From Octopus vulgaris (lineage: Eukaryota), in NCBI GenBank assembly GCA_951406725.2, contig OX597817.1, forward strand, positions 25,420,001-25,484,000: 64,000 nucleotides of DNA, written 5' to 3'. Of the stretch, positions 28,750 to 42,784 are shown piece by piece. Each line of letters begins with the position of its first letter. Within the stretch, counting starts at the first letter, position 1. The notes below the pieces were generated by a model that did no database searches, was not told the origin of the DNA, and saw only the letters and a program-made list of their open reading frames with translations. The position numbers were made by a program, and so were the translations under genes.

Positions 28750-28932
28750 GGACGGAATGTTTAGCGGTATTTCGTCTGTCGCTATATTCTGAGTTCAAAT
28801 TCCGCTGGGGTCGACTTTGCCTTTCATCCTTTCGGAGTCAATAAAACAAGTACAAGTTCAATACTAGGGTCGATGTAATCGACTGGGCCCCACTCCTCTC
28901 AAATTTCAGGCCCTGCGCTTATAGAAGAAAGG

Positions 28933-28935
<3 letters not shown>
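28750..28935 (+). mobile_element. SINE family B fragment
   Basis: Core gagttcaaattccgc..cctttcatcc. Confidence 0.75.
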
Positions 28936-28991
<56 letters not shown>

Positions 28992-29029
28992 TTTTATTAT
29001 TACTATTATTATTATTATTATTATAGTAA

Positions 29030-29077
<48 letters not shown>

Positions 29078-30354
29078 GGATTCAGAATTGATTTCATCAT
29101 GTATCCCATTTGAAGAATAAATTGAATTTAGCATAGCAATTTTCTATGCAGCATATTTTGCTATTTTTCTTCTAATATATAAGGAACAATTTCATTCCCG
29201 AGCAACGCCGGGTGCCTCTGTCATTTATTAATAATACCCGTAGGAAAACGTCCAACTTAGTTACTTGAAAATCTCGAGTGAGACTGGCAGCAGCTCGTAT
29301 AAAACAAAGCGGCAACAACGTAAATAATAAAAACAATAATAATAATTTCATTATTTGCCACAAGACTGATGAAATTATAGAAGTACATGTCTATTGTGTG
29401 ATCATTAAATATATGTTATGATTCAATGTGTTTTCTTCTAATTAGTTTCGTCGAGACGTTTATGATTTTCAATTGTTACGACAACCTTCATTAGTCGGCA
29501 TCCCATTCTTTGCTTCATTTCTCTCCCAGTCTCTCTTTCTCTCTATCTTTTGCTTTCTCTTACTCTTTCTCTTTCTCTTTCTATCTCACCTGATTTGCTG
29601 CTACTTCTTGTATCTGCAATTTTAAATTCTGTTTTAATGAAGATCGTAATAAAAATCGTTATTAATTTACTTCTAATTTCATCTCTCTCTTAAACTCGGT
29701 ATATTTAATGACTGTCTGATTAAATGGATAAGCCTCAAAACAGCTGTCTATTGTAAAGTGGGAATACAGCTTAGAAGATAAATACTAAGCATGATAATTA
29801 AGAGTTTTGAAGATTGCAATAGGAAAAAGACACAAATTGATTATTTTTGTCTGTTAAATCTAGAAATTGTTTACTTTGTTAATACTTTGAGTCAATATAA
29901 TGTGAAATTTTTTAGTATTTTCTGAAGAAATTGTAGATCGTCATATCTAGAGCAATTAGCAAAAAAGTGTTTGCTCTAAAAATGAGGCTGGTTGTTTTCG
30001 TCTTATTGGTTGTTATGGCTTAAAAGAGAGAAAAGTAGACGAGCTTGCAAAAAGTGAAAACTGAACTTTTCTAATCTGGAAATACTTCATCAACTCCGAC
30101 TAGTCCCTGAAGCAAAAGTTAAAGGGTGTGAGAGAGAAATGTTGCTCTCAAGTAAATCTTTTGCGGAATTAATTAATATAGCAAATATAATTCGGACGAA
30201 ATTTCTGTTTCGTCTTGAATGTTACAGCAAGGATGTATAACAATGGTCTTGGCTGTTGGGTACCCTGATATTCTACAAGTGACTATTTTAGGGATTTCCC
30301 TTGTAAATTGTAAATAAACGTTAATATTTCTTCTACAATACACAGACGCAATGT

Positions 30355-30624
30355 GGAGGCACAATGGCCCAGTGGTTACGGCAGCGGACTCGCGGTTGGA
30401 GGATCGCGGTTTCGATTCCCAGACCGAGCGTTGTGTGTGTTTATTAAGCGAAAACACCTAAAGCTCCACGAGTCTCCGGCAGGGGGTGGTGTCAACCCCT
30501 GCTGTACTCTTTCGCCCTAACTTTCTCACTCCTTCCTGTTTCTTGTGTAACGCTGCGATGGACTGGCGTCCCGTCCAGCTGGGGGAAACATACGCCACAG
30601 GCTTGAAAAGGGCGCATAAATAAA
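30355..30624 (+). mobile_element. SINE family C, tail type 2
   Basis: Family C head; tail gcttgaaaagggcgcataaataa shared with 62250-62560. Confidence 0.85.
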
Positions 30625-32608
30625 ATACACAGACGCACTAACACAGATACGCGAATACACACACACACACACATGTAAATATGCATGCATATATTTGTAT
30701 GTGTGCATCTTTGTACGCATTCGTATTCCTGTACGTATGAATATGCATTTGTATGTGTGTGTTTTTACAAATGGACAGTCCAATTTAGTCCGTTATTCAT
30801 CATTTGAGACCTCTTGTCATAGAAATTACCCTCACTTGCAAACACGTAAGATGGCGTTACATTCCTTAATTATGCACCCGAAGTCGTATATACATACTCC
30901 TGCATTTATTATTTTATACTACAGTTAAGTTCTCTTGAGGTATCTACAAAACATAACCGTCAATCACAAGCGTATAAAATCTGTTAGCATGTTCCATACT
31001 TTCGTTAATTGTTTTGGGGTTTTAATAGGCTGGAGTAAATCTAGACACACACTCGGCCATCCTACTCTTTGAACTCTGCGAAACATCATGCATGTAACAG
31101 CTGTACAAACCAAGATTTTCACTAGCACTAGGATGGTGCTCATGGTTCACCTACTTCGGTTAGAACAGTGTACAATGGAGCGCCTTGTTTACCTACAACC
31201 TACCGCTTTGTCTACAAATAAGATCTTCAAGCACTAGGCTACGCACCTTTAGATAGGATATTTATGATGTCCAAAATTAAATCTCTTTTCAAAATTTATT
31301 TACTTTTACCGTTATCGGCCGTCCAAAAGTCATATTGCCTCTTCAGGAGTGATCAAACAACTCTGAATAGAATCATCCTACGTTTGGCCTGAAAAACGAG
31401 CGTCTTTACATGATCCAAAAAATGCTTGTTTCCTGTTAAGTAATTTTCTAAATAAATTTCAAATATACGTCAAATAGGGAACAGCAAAGATAACGTCTTT
31501 TATTAGCATTGTCTGTGTAACAACAGGCATAGCAGTCTACAAAAGAAACCCTTTGACCAGTTCTGCGCTTTCTGAAAGGGATTTAACTTAATGAGTGCTT
31601 CCCGTCGTTACCAGTTCAATTAAGTAAACACTATCTTCACTGCCCCAGCAATAATAGCAATGGTAGGGATGCAGCTGCTAATCCCTTGAGGATCATCTTC
31701 TCCCATAAGCTGGAAATAAAGGAAAAACATGGAACAACTCAAGCAAAATCACCAATAGCAAAGTCAGCTACAACAACATCATTAGCAACAACTAAACGCA
31801 AACAAGAGCAATAATACTTGCTGAATAGGAAAAATTACCTTCTTTCTCAATTCTTCAACGATTGATATGCAACAAATGTTTTAAAAGCATTAGGTATCAT
31901 CCCCATCTTTACAGACAGACTCGCTACCATGTACCACGATATATTTTTGTTGGTCTAATTAAACAAACACCTATCACATCCATTAGGCATCGCGCGCTTG
32001 TTCTACTAGAGTGACCCTTTTTTTATCTCTTCACTATATCTTAGCATTTGAGCCTTTGCTACGAAGATTGGCGATGTTGAAATAATTTCCTTGAAATTTC
32101 AATTCATGTACGCAGACGTTGAATATAATTTCTGTGAGATAAGGGTTTAAAATAACAGTAATATCTTCGCGATGAAACATCTTACTACTTTCAAGAAGAA
32201 AATAGTGTATATGTTTCTTCCGGATATAATATTTCATAAGACGAAATATTCTGTACTAACGGCTTGAATGTTGTTTCATCATCATGTTGATGCGAGGTTA
32301 AAAGATTACAACAAGATAAATAACGGATGTGAATGGATTTTCCTGCTTGTTAACATCACAACCATAGAAAATTGGTCGTTTTGAAGATGTGTATAGATAG
32401 TATTTTCTTCAACGCCACATCATCAACATCACCGTGAAATTGCAAACAATCTAAAGAATCTATTAGAATGTTAATTATAAACCAACGGACACTGTGGTTA
32501 TAATCGCAATAAAACAAACATTAAAAAAATCAACAACAGCAACTTCATACAAAAAAAATCGATTACCATAAAAACATCGAGTTGATTGGTTGGAAGTGAA
32601 TGAATAAC

Positions 32609-32675
<67 letters not shown>

Positions 32676-32728
32676 CATACATATATATATATACATATAT
32701 ACATATATACATACATATATATTATATA

Positions 32729-32770
<42 letters not shown>

Positions 32771-32821
32771 CATACACACACACAGACTCACACACACACA
32801 GACACACACACACACACACAG

Positions 32822-32858
<37 letters not shown>

Positions 32859-33139
32859 CATATATACATATATGCGTGTGCCTGTGTGTGTGTATGCATC
32901 TCACGCACACATATAGTCTTTACCTGTTACCTTTGGGATTTAGTAATAAACTGATTATACTGGTCAAATGAGTAAATAGAAGCATCCCAAAAATAAATAA
33001 TAATAATCACCACGCTTGATATATACGCGTACGAATACACACACACACACACACGCACACACACACACACACACAAATACATGATGTTTATCAGTGAACA
33101 TCTTCATCTTTGATGATGTAGTGTCACAATAGATGCCCT

Positions 33140-34323
33140 GAGTGTTAGCAACCATTTCTCCTCTCTGCCCTTTGTAACACGCAGGCGTACTGCGGTTTTG
33201 AAGCCTGTCCAGTTTTTCATGTTTTAGGGACTAGGAATATTTTTGCCTTCCTGTTCTTCACCTTCCTTAAACTGTGCCTTGATGATTTGTCAACTTTGCC
33301 TTTCATCCTTTCGGGGTCGATTAAATAAGTACCAGTTACACACTGGGGTCGATATAATCGACTTAATCCGTTTGTCTGTCCTTGTTTGTTCCCTCTGTGT
33401 TTAGCCCCTTGTGGGTAGTAAAAGAAATAGATTTGTCCCTTCAGGATATGTAAGCGACATGACTGGGTTCTTGCCAGACATAGTCTTCCAGCAGCCACCC
33501 TTTTCGCCCAGGGCAGCACTATCTCCTCCAAGCACTTGGTGTAAGCCTCTGTATTGAGTCTGAGGCCGTGTGGGAAGATGGAGGCATAACGTCGCCATCA
33601 CTAGTGATCACTCCAAACACCATGATGCTGACTGGATATTTGATTTTTATCACTCTCGGTACATGTTTTGGGGACATGGCAAACCAACGGCTGTTCTGTG
33701 TGTCCACCATCTGATCCTGGCAGAAATGTTTCTCGTCTGAGAAAAGCCAAAGCATGTTCGATTGGAGGGGATGATTGTGTTTGTTCTAAAGCTTCGTAGC
33801 ATGGCCTTTCCTTTTGTCCTTGATGGCTTAGGATAAAAATTGGTCCCCTCTCATTTTGTATGAGGAATACCGAATATCGTAATGTACTACCTGCCTGCTA
33901 AGAAACTCAGACACTCCCATGTGTCTGGCTATGGTTCTGATTGACTTGGAGGGATCGTTGTCAATCATGGCCTGGAGCTCACCAACAATTTCAAGAGTTC
34001 TTTTATTATCAGAAGAATCAGAGTGAGTTTTCCGAGCAGCCATCCCTTCGTAATCACAGATAGACTTATCCAACTCTTTCCGAATCCTCTGCACTGACCT
34101 CAGATTGACACCCAAATACTCTGAAATGTTCGTATTTCAAGCAGTACAGCATGTCGTTTCAAAATTTCTGGCAGAGAGAATTGCATCATGGTGCTATCTT
34201 TTTTTTTGCAGACAGTGCCTAACTGATCCTACTATTCTGTGTAGTCGACAAAATCAAAAATAAACTATGCGCGTGTGCGAAATTAAAAATATAAACTGGT
34301 TACAATTTACCCATTGCACCCTG
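33140..34323 (-). mobile_element. Decayed Tc1/mariner-superfamily element with SINE-B insertion (33285-33430)
   Basis: WLFSDEKHF, IMVFGVITSDG, KSIRTIARHMGVS; terminus TA-cagggtgcaatggg at 34323. Confidence 0.8.
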
Positions 34324-34344
34324 TATGTGTGTGTGTATGTGTGT

Positions 34345-34562
34345 CTGTGTCTTTGTCTCTATTTGTTCCCCATCATTGCTTGACAACCGGTGTTGGTGTG
34401 TTTAGTTTCTCGTATTTAACGGATCGGCAAAAAGAGACGAATAGAATATGTACTGGGCTTTGAAAAATTAAGCCTTGGGATCGATTTGTTTGACTAAAAA
34501 CCCTCCAAGGCTGTGCTCCAGCATGGTCGTAGTCAAATGACTGAAACAAGTAAAAGAATAAA
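34345..34562 (+). mobile_element. SINE family A 3' half
   Basis: gcttgacaaccg..gaaacaagtaaaaga. Confidence 0.75.
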
Positions 34563-34696
34563 AGTATACACTAATATATATATATATATACATATATATA
34601 TGGTTAATCCAAACATGAAAATACAAAGAGAAAACACAACAACGCGAGGACATAGAACAAATATAGTATTATTGGACGCTCAGGAAGGAAGGGAAG

Positions 34697-34731
34697 ATTT
34701 TACGTTTCGAGCGGAGCTCTTCATCAGAAAC
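34697..34731 (-). ncRNA. Minimal hammerhead ribozyme in solo module 34602-34803
   Basis: Minus strand gttt-CTGATGA-a-gagc tcc gctc-GAAA-CG-TA-aaat. Confidence 0.8.
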
Positions 34732-34803
34732 ATAGGAAAAGGAAAGATCCAGAGAAGGGAAGACGGAGGAAAAAAATCGCTAACGGTACACACACGGTCA
34801 CAT

Positions 34804-34834
<31 letters not shown>

Positions 34835-35645
34835 AGACGAGTTTTGTGTGAGTCGTTACCAGGAATCTCTATTTCACTTTTATGTACTAGAAGGCTTATA
34901 TATATAGACATTGATCAGTCAGTTTGGATCAGCCAGCTGCAAACAACATAGGAGAGGCGTATTGGCTGGCTATATATTCCTATAACGTGAAGACAGCAAA
35001 AGCAACAAACAAACAAAATAAAGACAGAGAATGATAAGAAGGAGAAAAAGATGAACACGACGAAGAAAACACAAAGAAAAGGAAATGGTAAAAGAAGCAG
35101 GTAAAGTGGGATTATAAGCAGAAATGGAGGAAAAAGTAAAGAAAAATTTAAAGAATGAATGAAGGGGAAACGGAAAAGAAGAGTATCTTGAAACTTTCAA
35201 ACAAAAGAAATAGTGAAATAGATCTTTTAGTTTTTGATTCTATTGAACCAGTAGCTTTATAAGTAAAAGTCAATTGTGTTTATTGGGGTGTGAAGAATTT
35301 TAATGTGCATATATTTTATGGCTTGTTTTCTTGGCTGAAGTTGAATATAAAGTTGAAAATAGCATGTGTCCTACGTTCTGATTAAATACTTATTCTAAAG
35401 GAATGGGTGTAGGGTTGTGTGAGAGGCTTGTTGCTTATCAGCTGAAGAAGAATAGACTTCGTTTTTAAGGTACGCACACATACACATACGTATACGTGTG
35501 CATATATGTGTGTATTTTTGTATATATATATATATATACATATGTGTGTGTATAGATATGATATACATATATGTATTTATCACTATATATATATATCTAT
35601 ATATATATATATCTATCTATCAATCTATCTATCTATTTATCTATC

Positions 35646-35682
<37 letters not shown>

Positions 35683-35703
35683 ATGTACGTATATATATAC
35701 ATG

Positions 35704-35744
<41 letters not shown>

Positions 35745-36194
35745 GCACACCACGTACATACACATGTACAAAATTGCACAGATACTCGCATGTGCGTAAG
35801 TGTATGTATGTATATGAATAGATACACATTAGTACATGCACACAGCCGACTCCCTCTCCTTCACACTACTCTTTTTAAAACAAACAATTACTCAGAACAT
35901 AGGATACATTCTATTTTCAACTTTATATTCAATTTCAGCCAAGAAAACAGGCTATGAAATACATACGCATTAAAATTCTTCACACTCCAATAAACACAAT
36001 TGAATTTTTCTTATATAAAGGTGATGGGTCAATAAAACCAGGGACTAAGAAACCCTTTTTGACTATTTCTTTTGTTTAAAATCTTTCAATTCTCCGTATA
36101 TTTCTTGAAATTATCTTTCAATCCTGTAACCTGGTCGCTTTTCCACTCCAGACCCCTACCTCTACCTCCTCCTCCTCTCTTTCTTCTTCTTCTT

Positions 36195-36373
<179 letters not shown>

Positions 36374-36450
36374 TATTATTATTATTATTATCATTATTAT
36401 TATTATCGTCATTATTATTATCATTATTATTATTATTATTATCATTATTA

Positions 36451-36506
<56 letters not shown>

Positions 36507-37068
36507 GAGTAAGAGAGCAGTGCATGCCATCAAAGTGATACTGGGGTAAAATATACGAAGCGCAGTATACCCATCATGACTACCTGTCTGATAAGGGTAC
36601 ACTAGGCACATGCATCAAAACCATATGTGCGCCACATGGTGATTTCATATCAAGATAAACAGCACATGACCTTGCAGGTGGGGCCCAGTTAGAATTTCCT
36701 TCTGGTCGAGTAACCCATCCCGCTCTAAAGGTCCTTGAATAAGGCTTGTTTAAGGATGTTAAACAAAACATCCATGTTTCCAGAGGTGAATTATTCAAAC
36801 CCCAAAGAATCCATCTCAACACATGGCTATGATGCTCCTCCACTGCTTCTGCTCGTGACCAGAGATGCACATGTCGTCAGCCACTAAGTGACATGCAAAT
36901 GCTCAACTGGTTAAGGTCAAACAACTGACAAGCAAATCTGTTACACTGAGCAGAATATTTGCTGTAGCTAATCTTCTATACCAAGAGGAAACAATGTACA
37001 TGATAACACTTCCAATCAGTTAAGATCAGAAGTCATGAGAACCACTGCTTGGTACTGCACCTGGGCAT
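36507..37068 (-). mobile_element. Family E full-length copy
   Basis: Bounded by TTA/TCA arrays; tandem with next copy. Confidence 0.88.
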
Positions 37069-37076
37069 CTTTTGTT

Positions 37077-37151
<75 letters not shown>

Positions 37152-37168
37152 GTTATTATTATTATTAT

Positions 37169-37777
37169 TGAGTGAGAGAGCAGTGCATGCCATCAAAGTG
37201 ACACTGGGGTAAAATATACGAAGCCCAATATACCCATCATGACTACCCGTCTGATAAGGGTACACCAGGCACATGCATCACAACCATATGTGCGCGACAT
37301 GGTGATCTCATATCAAGATAAACAGCACATGACCTTGCAGGTGGGGCCCAGTTAGAATTTTCTTCAGGTTGAGTAGCCCATCCCGCTCAAAAGGTCCCTG
37401 AATAAGGGTTGTTTAAGGATGTTGAAAGAACCACCCATGTTTCCAGAGGTGAATTATTCAAACCCCAAAGAATCCCTCTCAACACATGGCTATGATGCTC
37501 CCCCACTACTTCTGCTCGTGATCAGAGATGCACATATCGTCAGCCACTAAGGGACATGCTCAAGTGGTTAAGGTCAAACAACTGACAAGCAAATCTGTGG
37601 TATTGAGCAGAATATTTGCTGTAGCCCATCTTTTATACCAAGACAAAACAACGTACATGATAACACTTCCAATCAGTTAAGATCAGAAGCCATGAGAGCC
37701 ACTGCCTGGTACTGCATCAGGGCAAGCCACTGCCTGGTACTGCATCAGGGCATCCACTGCCTGGTACTGCATCAGGG

Positions 37778-37778
<1 letters not shown>
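37169..37778 (-). mobile_element. Family E full-length copy with triplicated 5' end
   Basis: Bounded by (TTA)n on both sides. Confidence 0.88.
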
Positions 37779-37840
<62 letters not shown>

Positions 37841-38169
37841 CATTATTATTAGCAAAAAAAAAGAAAATGAGTGCCATTGTTTTCAAGTTAACGATATTTC
37901 AGCAACCAGCGTACCTTCCACAGGTTCAAAAAATAAACTTGTCAATCTTCTTCATTTTTGGTAATATTTTATAGGATTGATGTAACTTCCCCAGTAGGTA
38001 TACGGAAGCAAAATAAAAAAAAAAGAATGCCATTTTCTTTGCTTCTGTATACCTATTGGAGGAGTTACCTCAATACTATAAAATATTATTATTATTATCA
38101 TTATCATCATTAACCTCATTATTATTATTCTTGTTGTTGTTGTTGTTATTTTGCATGTACATGCTAATT

Positions 38170-38718
38170 TAGTTAGTAGGTATTTTACCTTGAGTTTCGG
38201 TGACAAGTCTCCTCAAATCTCACGAATCTTTCTTAGAACTTTTGCGGAATATAGGATGTCACCCTTCTGCTACACGACAATGCAAGTTTCAATTCCAGTT
38301 TCTTTCAGCCTTTTATGTAGCATTTTGAGTGTGGTATCAAGTGCACCGGTTACTACAGGAATTATTATTGTCTTGGTCTTCCACAGACTCCTCAACATTC
38401 TGGCTAGATCTTGATATTTCTTAATTATTTTTTTTTCAATTTCTTTGGTACTGACCCTGTTACCATAGGGAATTTCACTTATCTATGATCTCACAATTAG
38501 TTAAAATTTTTCTGTGTAATCATATACTCTTTTACTCTTTTACTTGTTTCAGTCATTTGACGGCGGCCATGCTGGAGCACCGCCTTTAATCGAGCAGGAC
38601 TTATTCTTTTGTAAGCCCAGTACTTATTCTATCTGTCTGTTTTGCCGAACCGCTAAGTAACGGGGACATAAACACACCAAATGCTAGGGGAACAAACACA
38701 GACACACAAACACACACA

Positions 38719-38774
<56 letters not shown>

Positions 38775-39680
38775 TACGACGGGCTTCTTTCAGTTTCCAT
38801 CTACCAAATCCACTCACAAGGCTTTGGTCGGCCCGAGGCTATAGTAGAAGACACTTGCCCAAGGTGCCACGCAGTGGGATTGAACCCGGAACCATGTGGT
38901 TGGTAAACAAGCTACTTACCACACAGCCACTCCTGCGCCAATGTTTTTTTTTTGCTTCTATATTATGGTCAGTATCTATGGGGAGAGCCCTTAAGTTCTT
39001 GTAATTTTCATTTTCTATTACATCTTCTGGTTTATGTTCATTCCACTTTCTATTCTTTTGAATCCACTCACTCGGTTAACATCCCAATGCACTCTTTGCC
39101 TATACAGTCGTGTCTGGTTATTCACCTTTTGTACCAGTGTACTGCACTCACTCAAAATGTGATTGATAATTTCGTCTCCTTTCCTACAAATTCTACATCT
39201 GCTGTCTGATTGAGGTTCGTTGACCTTTTCTTTAACGGCTTTGTTCTAGGAGTTTCTTCCCAAGCGGCTATAATTAGCGTTTTTGTCTATCGTTTTAAGT
39301 AGCCGTCCATTAACTAGAGCTAGCGATCTTTACTTGAAAGATTTTCAGTTTGCTGCTTGGGTTGGTCATGTAATTCTATTTCTTTTCATTTGTGTAATCT
39401 CTTGTTCTTTCTTTTATCTTTGAATTCTACTGTTTTATTCCCTTTTTGAGTATCTATAGCTGCCAATAATATTCGTTTCTTACTCTGCATAATTTTTGCA
39501 GACCCAGTATTTCATTATCAGCAGTGTTTTCTACATTTAGTAATCCCACGCCACCTTCCTTTCCTAGTAGGTAGTATCGGTCGATCAGTCGGTCGGCCGG
39601 CCGGTCAGTATTACAATCAGGATAGAGTGCATTGCGCATTGTGAACATCTTTCTAGTTCTTCTGTCCAAATTCCGTAGTC
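38170..39680 (-). pseudogene. R4/Dong-like LINE 3' part interrupted by SINE A (38525-38937)
   Basis: DRRTRKMFTM..GKEGGVGLLNVE; KYQDLARMLRSLWKTKTIIIPVVTGAL. Confidence 0.75.
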
Positions 39681-40232
39681 TACTGTTAACCCACTGTAAT
39701 TTTAAAATAAGCTTTTATTCATCTCGCCCGATTTTACAGCTATTTTGTCTCAAGGCAAATTGTAGATGCTTATTCGAACATCTATTTTTCAACATGTAAG
39801 GAAGTTAATTTTCTATCTTCCTCTTTCTCTCTTTCTATATATATCTGCATAATTTGCCGCCTTGGCAAGAAGCATGTTGAATCTTTCGGAAGGAACGTTT
39901 ATACCTTCTTATTCTCTTACTTTTTGAAAATATTTATACACCTTGAACTTCGAATTGCTGTGGATGAATAAGGCAATATTTTAAGATTATACATATTTCT
40001 TGTAAATATGAGGATATGGTGCTGAGGAGAGTAATAAGTGCGAAATTAGACTAAATTAACTCGAAACTATAGTCCACCGTTAACCCACTGTAATTTTGAA
40101 ATAAACTTTTTTTCATCTCGCCCGCTTTTACAGCTATTTCGTCCCAAGGCAAATTGTCGATGTTTATTCGAACATCTACTTTTAAACATGTAAGGAGTAA
40201 GGAATTTAGTTTTCTATCTTTCTCTTTCTCTC
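39677..40232 (+). mobile_element. Retrozyme/pLTR-like unit: ~394-nt period with ~155-bp direct repeats
   Basis: tagtc(t/c)ac(t/c)gttaacccactgtaatttt..catgtaagga at 39676 and 40070, with a hammerhead at the junction. Confidence 0.7.
40016..40080 (+). ncRNA. Type I hammerhead ribozyme, intact core
   Basis: atggtg-CTGAGGA-gagt..actc-GAAA-ctatag-TC-caccgt; predicted cleavage after 40074. Confidence 0.85.
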
Positions 40233-40294
<62 letters not shown>

Positions 40295-40353
40295 CGTATG
40301 TATATGTATATCTATTTACCTATCTATATATATATCTATATATATTTATCTAT

Positions 40354-40446
<93 letters not shown>

Positions 40447-40542
40447 ATCCAAACAAGAAAACAAAAGCGAAAAGATAACAACGCAAGGACGTGGAACAAA
40501 TAAAGTATTATTGAACGCTCAGGAAAGAAGGGAAGAAGGAGG

Positions 40543-40577
40543 GTTTGACGTTTCGAGCGGAGCTCTTCGTCGGAAAC
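40543..40577 (-). ncRNA. Minimal hammerhead (U4C variant) in solo module 40443-40668
   Basis: Minus strand gttt-CCGACGA-a-gagc tcc gctc-GAAA-CG-TC-aaac. Confidence 0.65.
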
Positions 40578-40741
40578 ATAGGAGAAGGAAAGATCCCGAG
40601 AAGGGAAGACAGGGGAAAAAAACGGCTAGTTATACAGACGAGGTCACATATTAAAAAGGTCACATACTAATATATGTATATATATATATATATACGTATG
40701 TATGTATAAGTATATCTATCTACCTATCTATATATAGCTAG

Positions 40742-40799
<58 letters not shown>

Positions 40800-40812
40800 A
40801 TATATATATATA

Positions 40813-42488
40813 TCAGGTCATTAAGAATGAAATGTCCGATTTTCTTATGCACTAAAGTTTGACAGTTGTTAACTCTAATGTTTTATCCTGACGATTCTCT
40901 GTATCACAACGTTGAAGAGTTACATCATCACTTTTCGAAATGCAATTCATGGTGTCTGATTATATTCTGAGTTTTCTCTTGTAAGTCAATTTTTGTGAAC
41001 CCACGAATAGATAAAACATTCGTGTTGTTTATAAACACAAATTCCGTCGTGGAACCAATGCATTGCAGACAGCTAGAAACATCAATGAGTTGATTGATGA
41101 AGATGTGGCGAATGAGCGCACTGTACGTCAATGGTTTCAGAAGTACCGGTCTGGTGACTTTGCCCTTGAAAATCAGCCCCTTGGTTGACCTGAGACCAAA
41201 GTGGATAATGATGAGCTGGAAACTGTAGTAGAAGCGGATACACATCTCAAACTACGCGTGAGTTAGCAGCAAAGTTTGATGCTTCGATTCCATCTGAAAC
41301 AAATCGCCAAGGTAAAGAAGCTGGACAAGTGGGTACGACACGAACTGAATGAGTATTCAATGACTCGTCGTCTTGAAAGTTGCTGTTCTTTGTTATCATG
41401 GCATAAAAGTGAACCATTTTTGCATCGTATTGATACATATGATGAAAATGGAGTCACTTCGACAATAGCAAGTGTTCTGTACGGTGGTTGGATAGAGAGG
41501 AAATGCCAAAAAAACAACTCAAAATAGAATATTTCCCCCCATAAGCTAATAGTGTTTGTTTGGTGACCCAGCTCTGGTGTCATTCTCTGGATGGATGGAA
41601 GCACTCCGTCGGTTACGACGACGAGGGTTCCGGTTGATCCGAATCAACGGAACAGCCTGCTGGTGAAATTAACGTGTAAGTGGCTGAGCACTCCACAGAC
41701 ACGTGTACCCTTAACGTAGTTCTCGGGGATATTCAGCGTGACACAGAGAGTGACAAGGCCGGCCCTTTGAAAATACAGGTACAATAGAAACAGGAAGTAG
41801 GAGTGAGAGAAAGTTGTGGTGAAAGAGTACAGCAGGGATCACCACTATTCCCTGCCGGAGCCTCGTGGAACTTTTAGGTGTTTTCGCTCAATAAACACTC
41901 ACAACGCCCGGTCTGGGAATCGAAACTGTGATTCTATGACCGCGAGTCCGCTGCCCTAACCACTGGGCCATTGCGCCTCCACTGTCATTCTCTACAGCTT
42001 CATGAAACCTAATCAGTCAATTACAGCAGATGTATACATCAACCAGTTGGATGAAATGATGAGTGAGCTTATAATTAAACAACCGAGATTAGTCAATAGA
42101 GACGGGCCAACTCTCTTGCAAGACAATGGTTAACAACATGTTGCACAAGGGACGCTACTCTAGTTACAGGAACTGAAGTTGGAAGTACTCTGTCATTCAC
42201 CATATTTATCAGACCTTGCACCAACCGAATATCACAATTTCCAGGCATTAGAAACTTTTTGCAAGGAAAAAACTTCAAATCTGAAGAAGATGTAAAACCA
42301 GCCTTTCGTGATTTCATCACCTTTTGCTTTCCAGAATTCTTCGTGCCAGCATAAATTAGCTACCAATAAATTGGTAACACTGTGCTGATAATTTAAGTGC
42401 ATACTTCGATTAACAGAATTGATTTTGTTGAGATAAAGGAAAATAAAGTTTTAGTTCAAAATCGAACAATTCTTTCGTAATGACCTGA
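40813..42488 (+). mobile_element. Full-length defective mariner with nested SINE
   Basis: TIRs tcaggtcatta../..taatgacctga in TA; KKLDKWVRHEL, FLHRIDTYDE, LLQDN, YLSDLAPTEY motifs. Confidence 0.9.
41589..41981 (-). mobile_element. SINE family C type 1 with 11-bp TSD
   Basis: TSD tgtcattctct at 41578-41588 and 41983-41993. Confidence 0.92.
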
Positions 42489-42491
42489 TAT

Positions 42492-42583
<92 letters not shown>

Positions 42584-42714
42584 TTAGCGATAAAACCACT
42601 ATTAGGCAAATCAAACAATGAAAAACATAAGCCAATACATAAAATTAATTAATTTATATTATTTTAAATATATATCAAAAGTATTAAAAGTTTAATAAAA
42701 GATAAAGAGTAAAA

Positions 42715-42784
42715 CACTACGATCGTTTCATGGCTGTACAATTCGTAATAATTCGAGTTATGGTTACAGTCAATTTTCAGGTTA
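42715..42784 (-). ncRNA. Degenerate hammerhead with long stem II
   Basis: Minus strand ac-CTGAAAA-t tgactgta..tacagcca t-GAAA-CGATCG-TA-gt. Confidence 0.45.

Noticed and set aside
29197-29215. Helitron-like terminal hairpin cccgagcaacgccggg
   Set aside because: No CTAG terminus or second copy to support it
29710-29752. Additional hammerhead remnant (ctgatta..aaaacagctgtc)
   Set aside because: Too many core and stem mismatches
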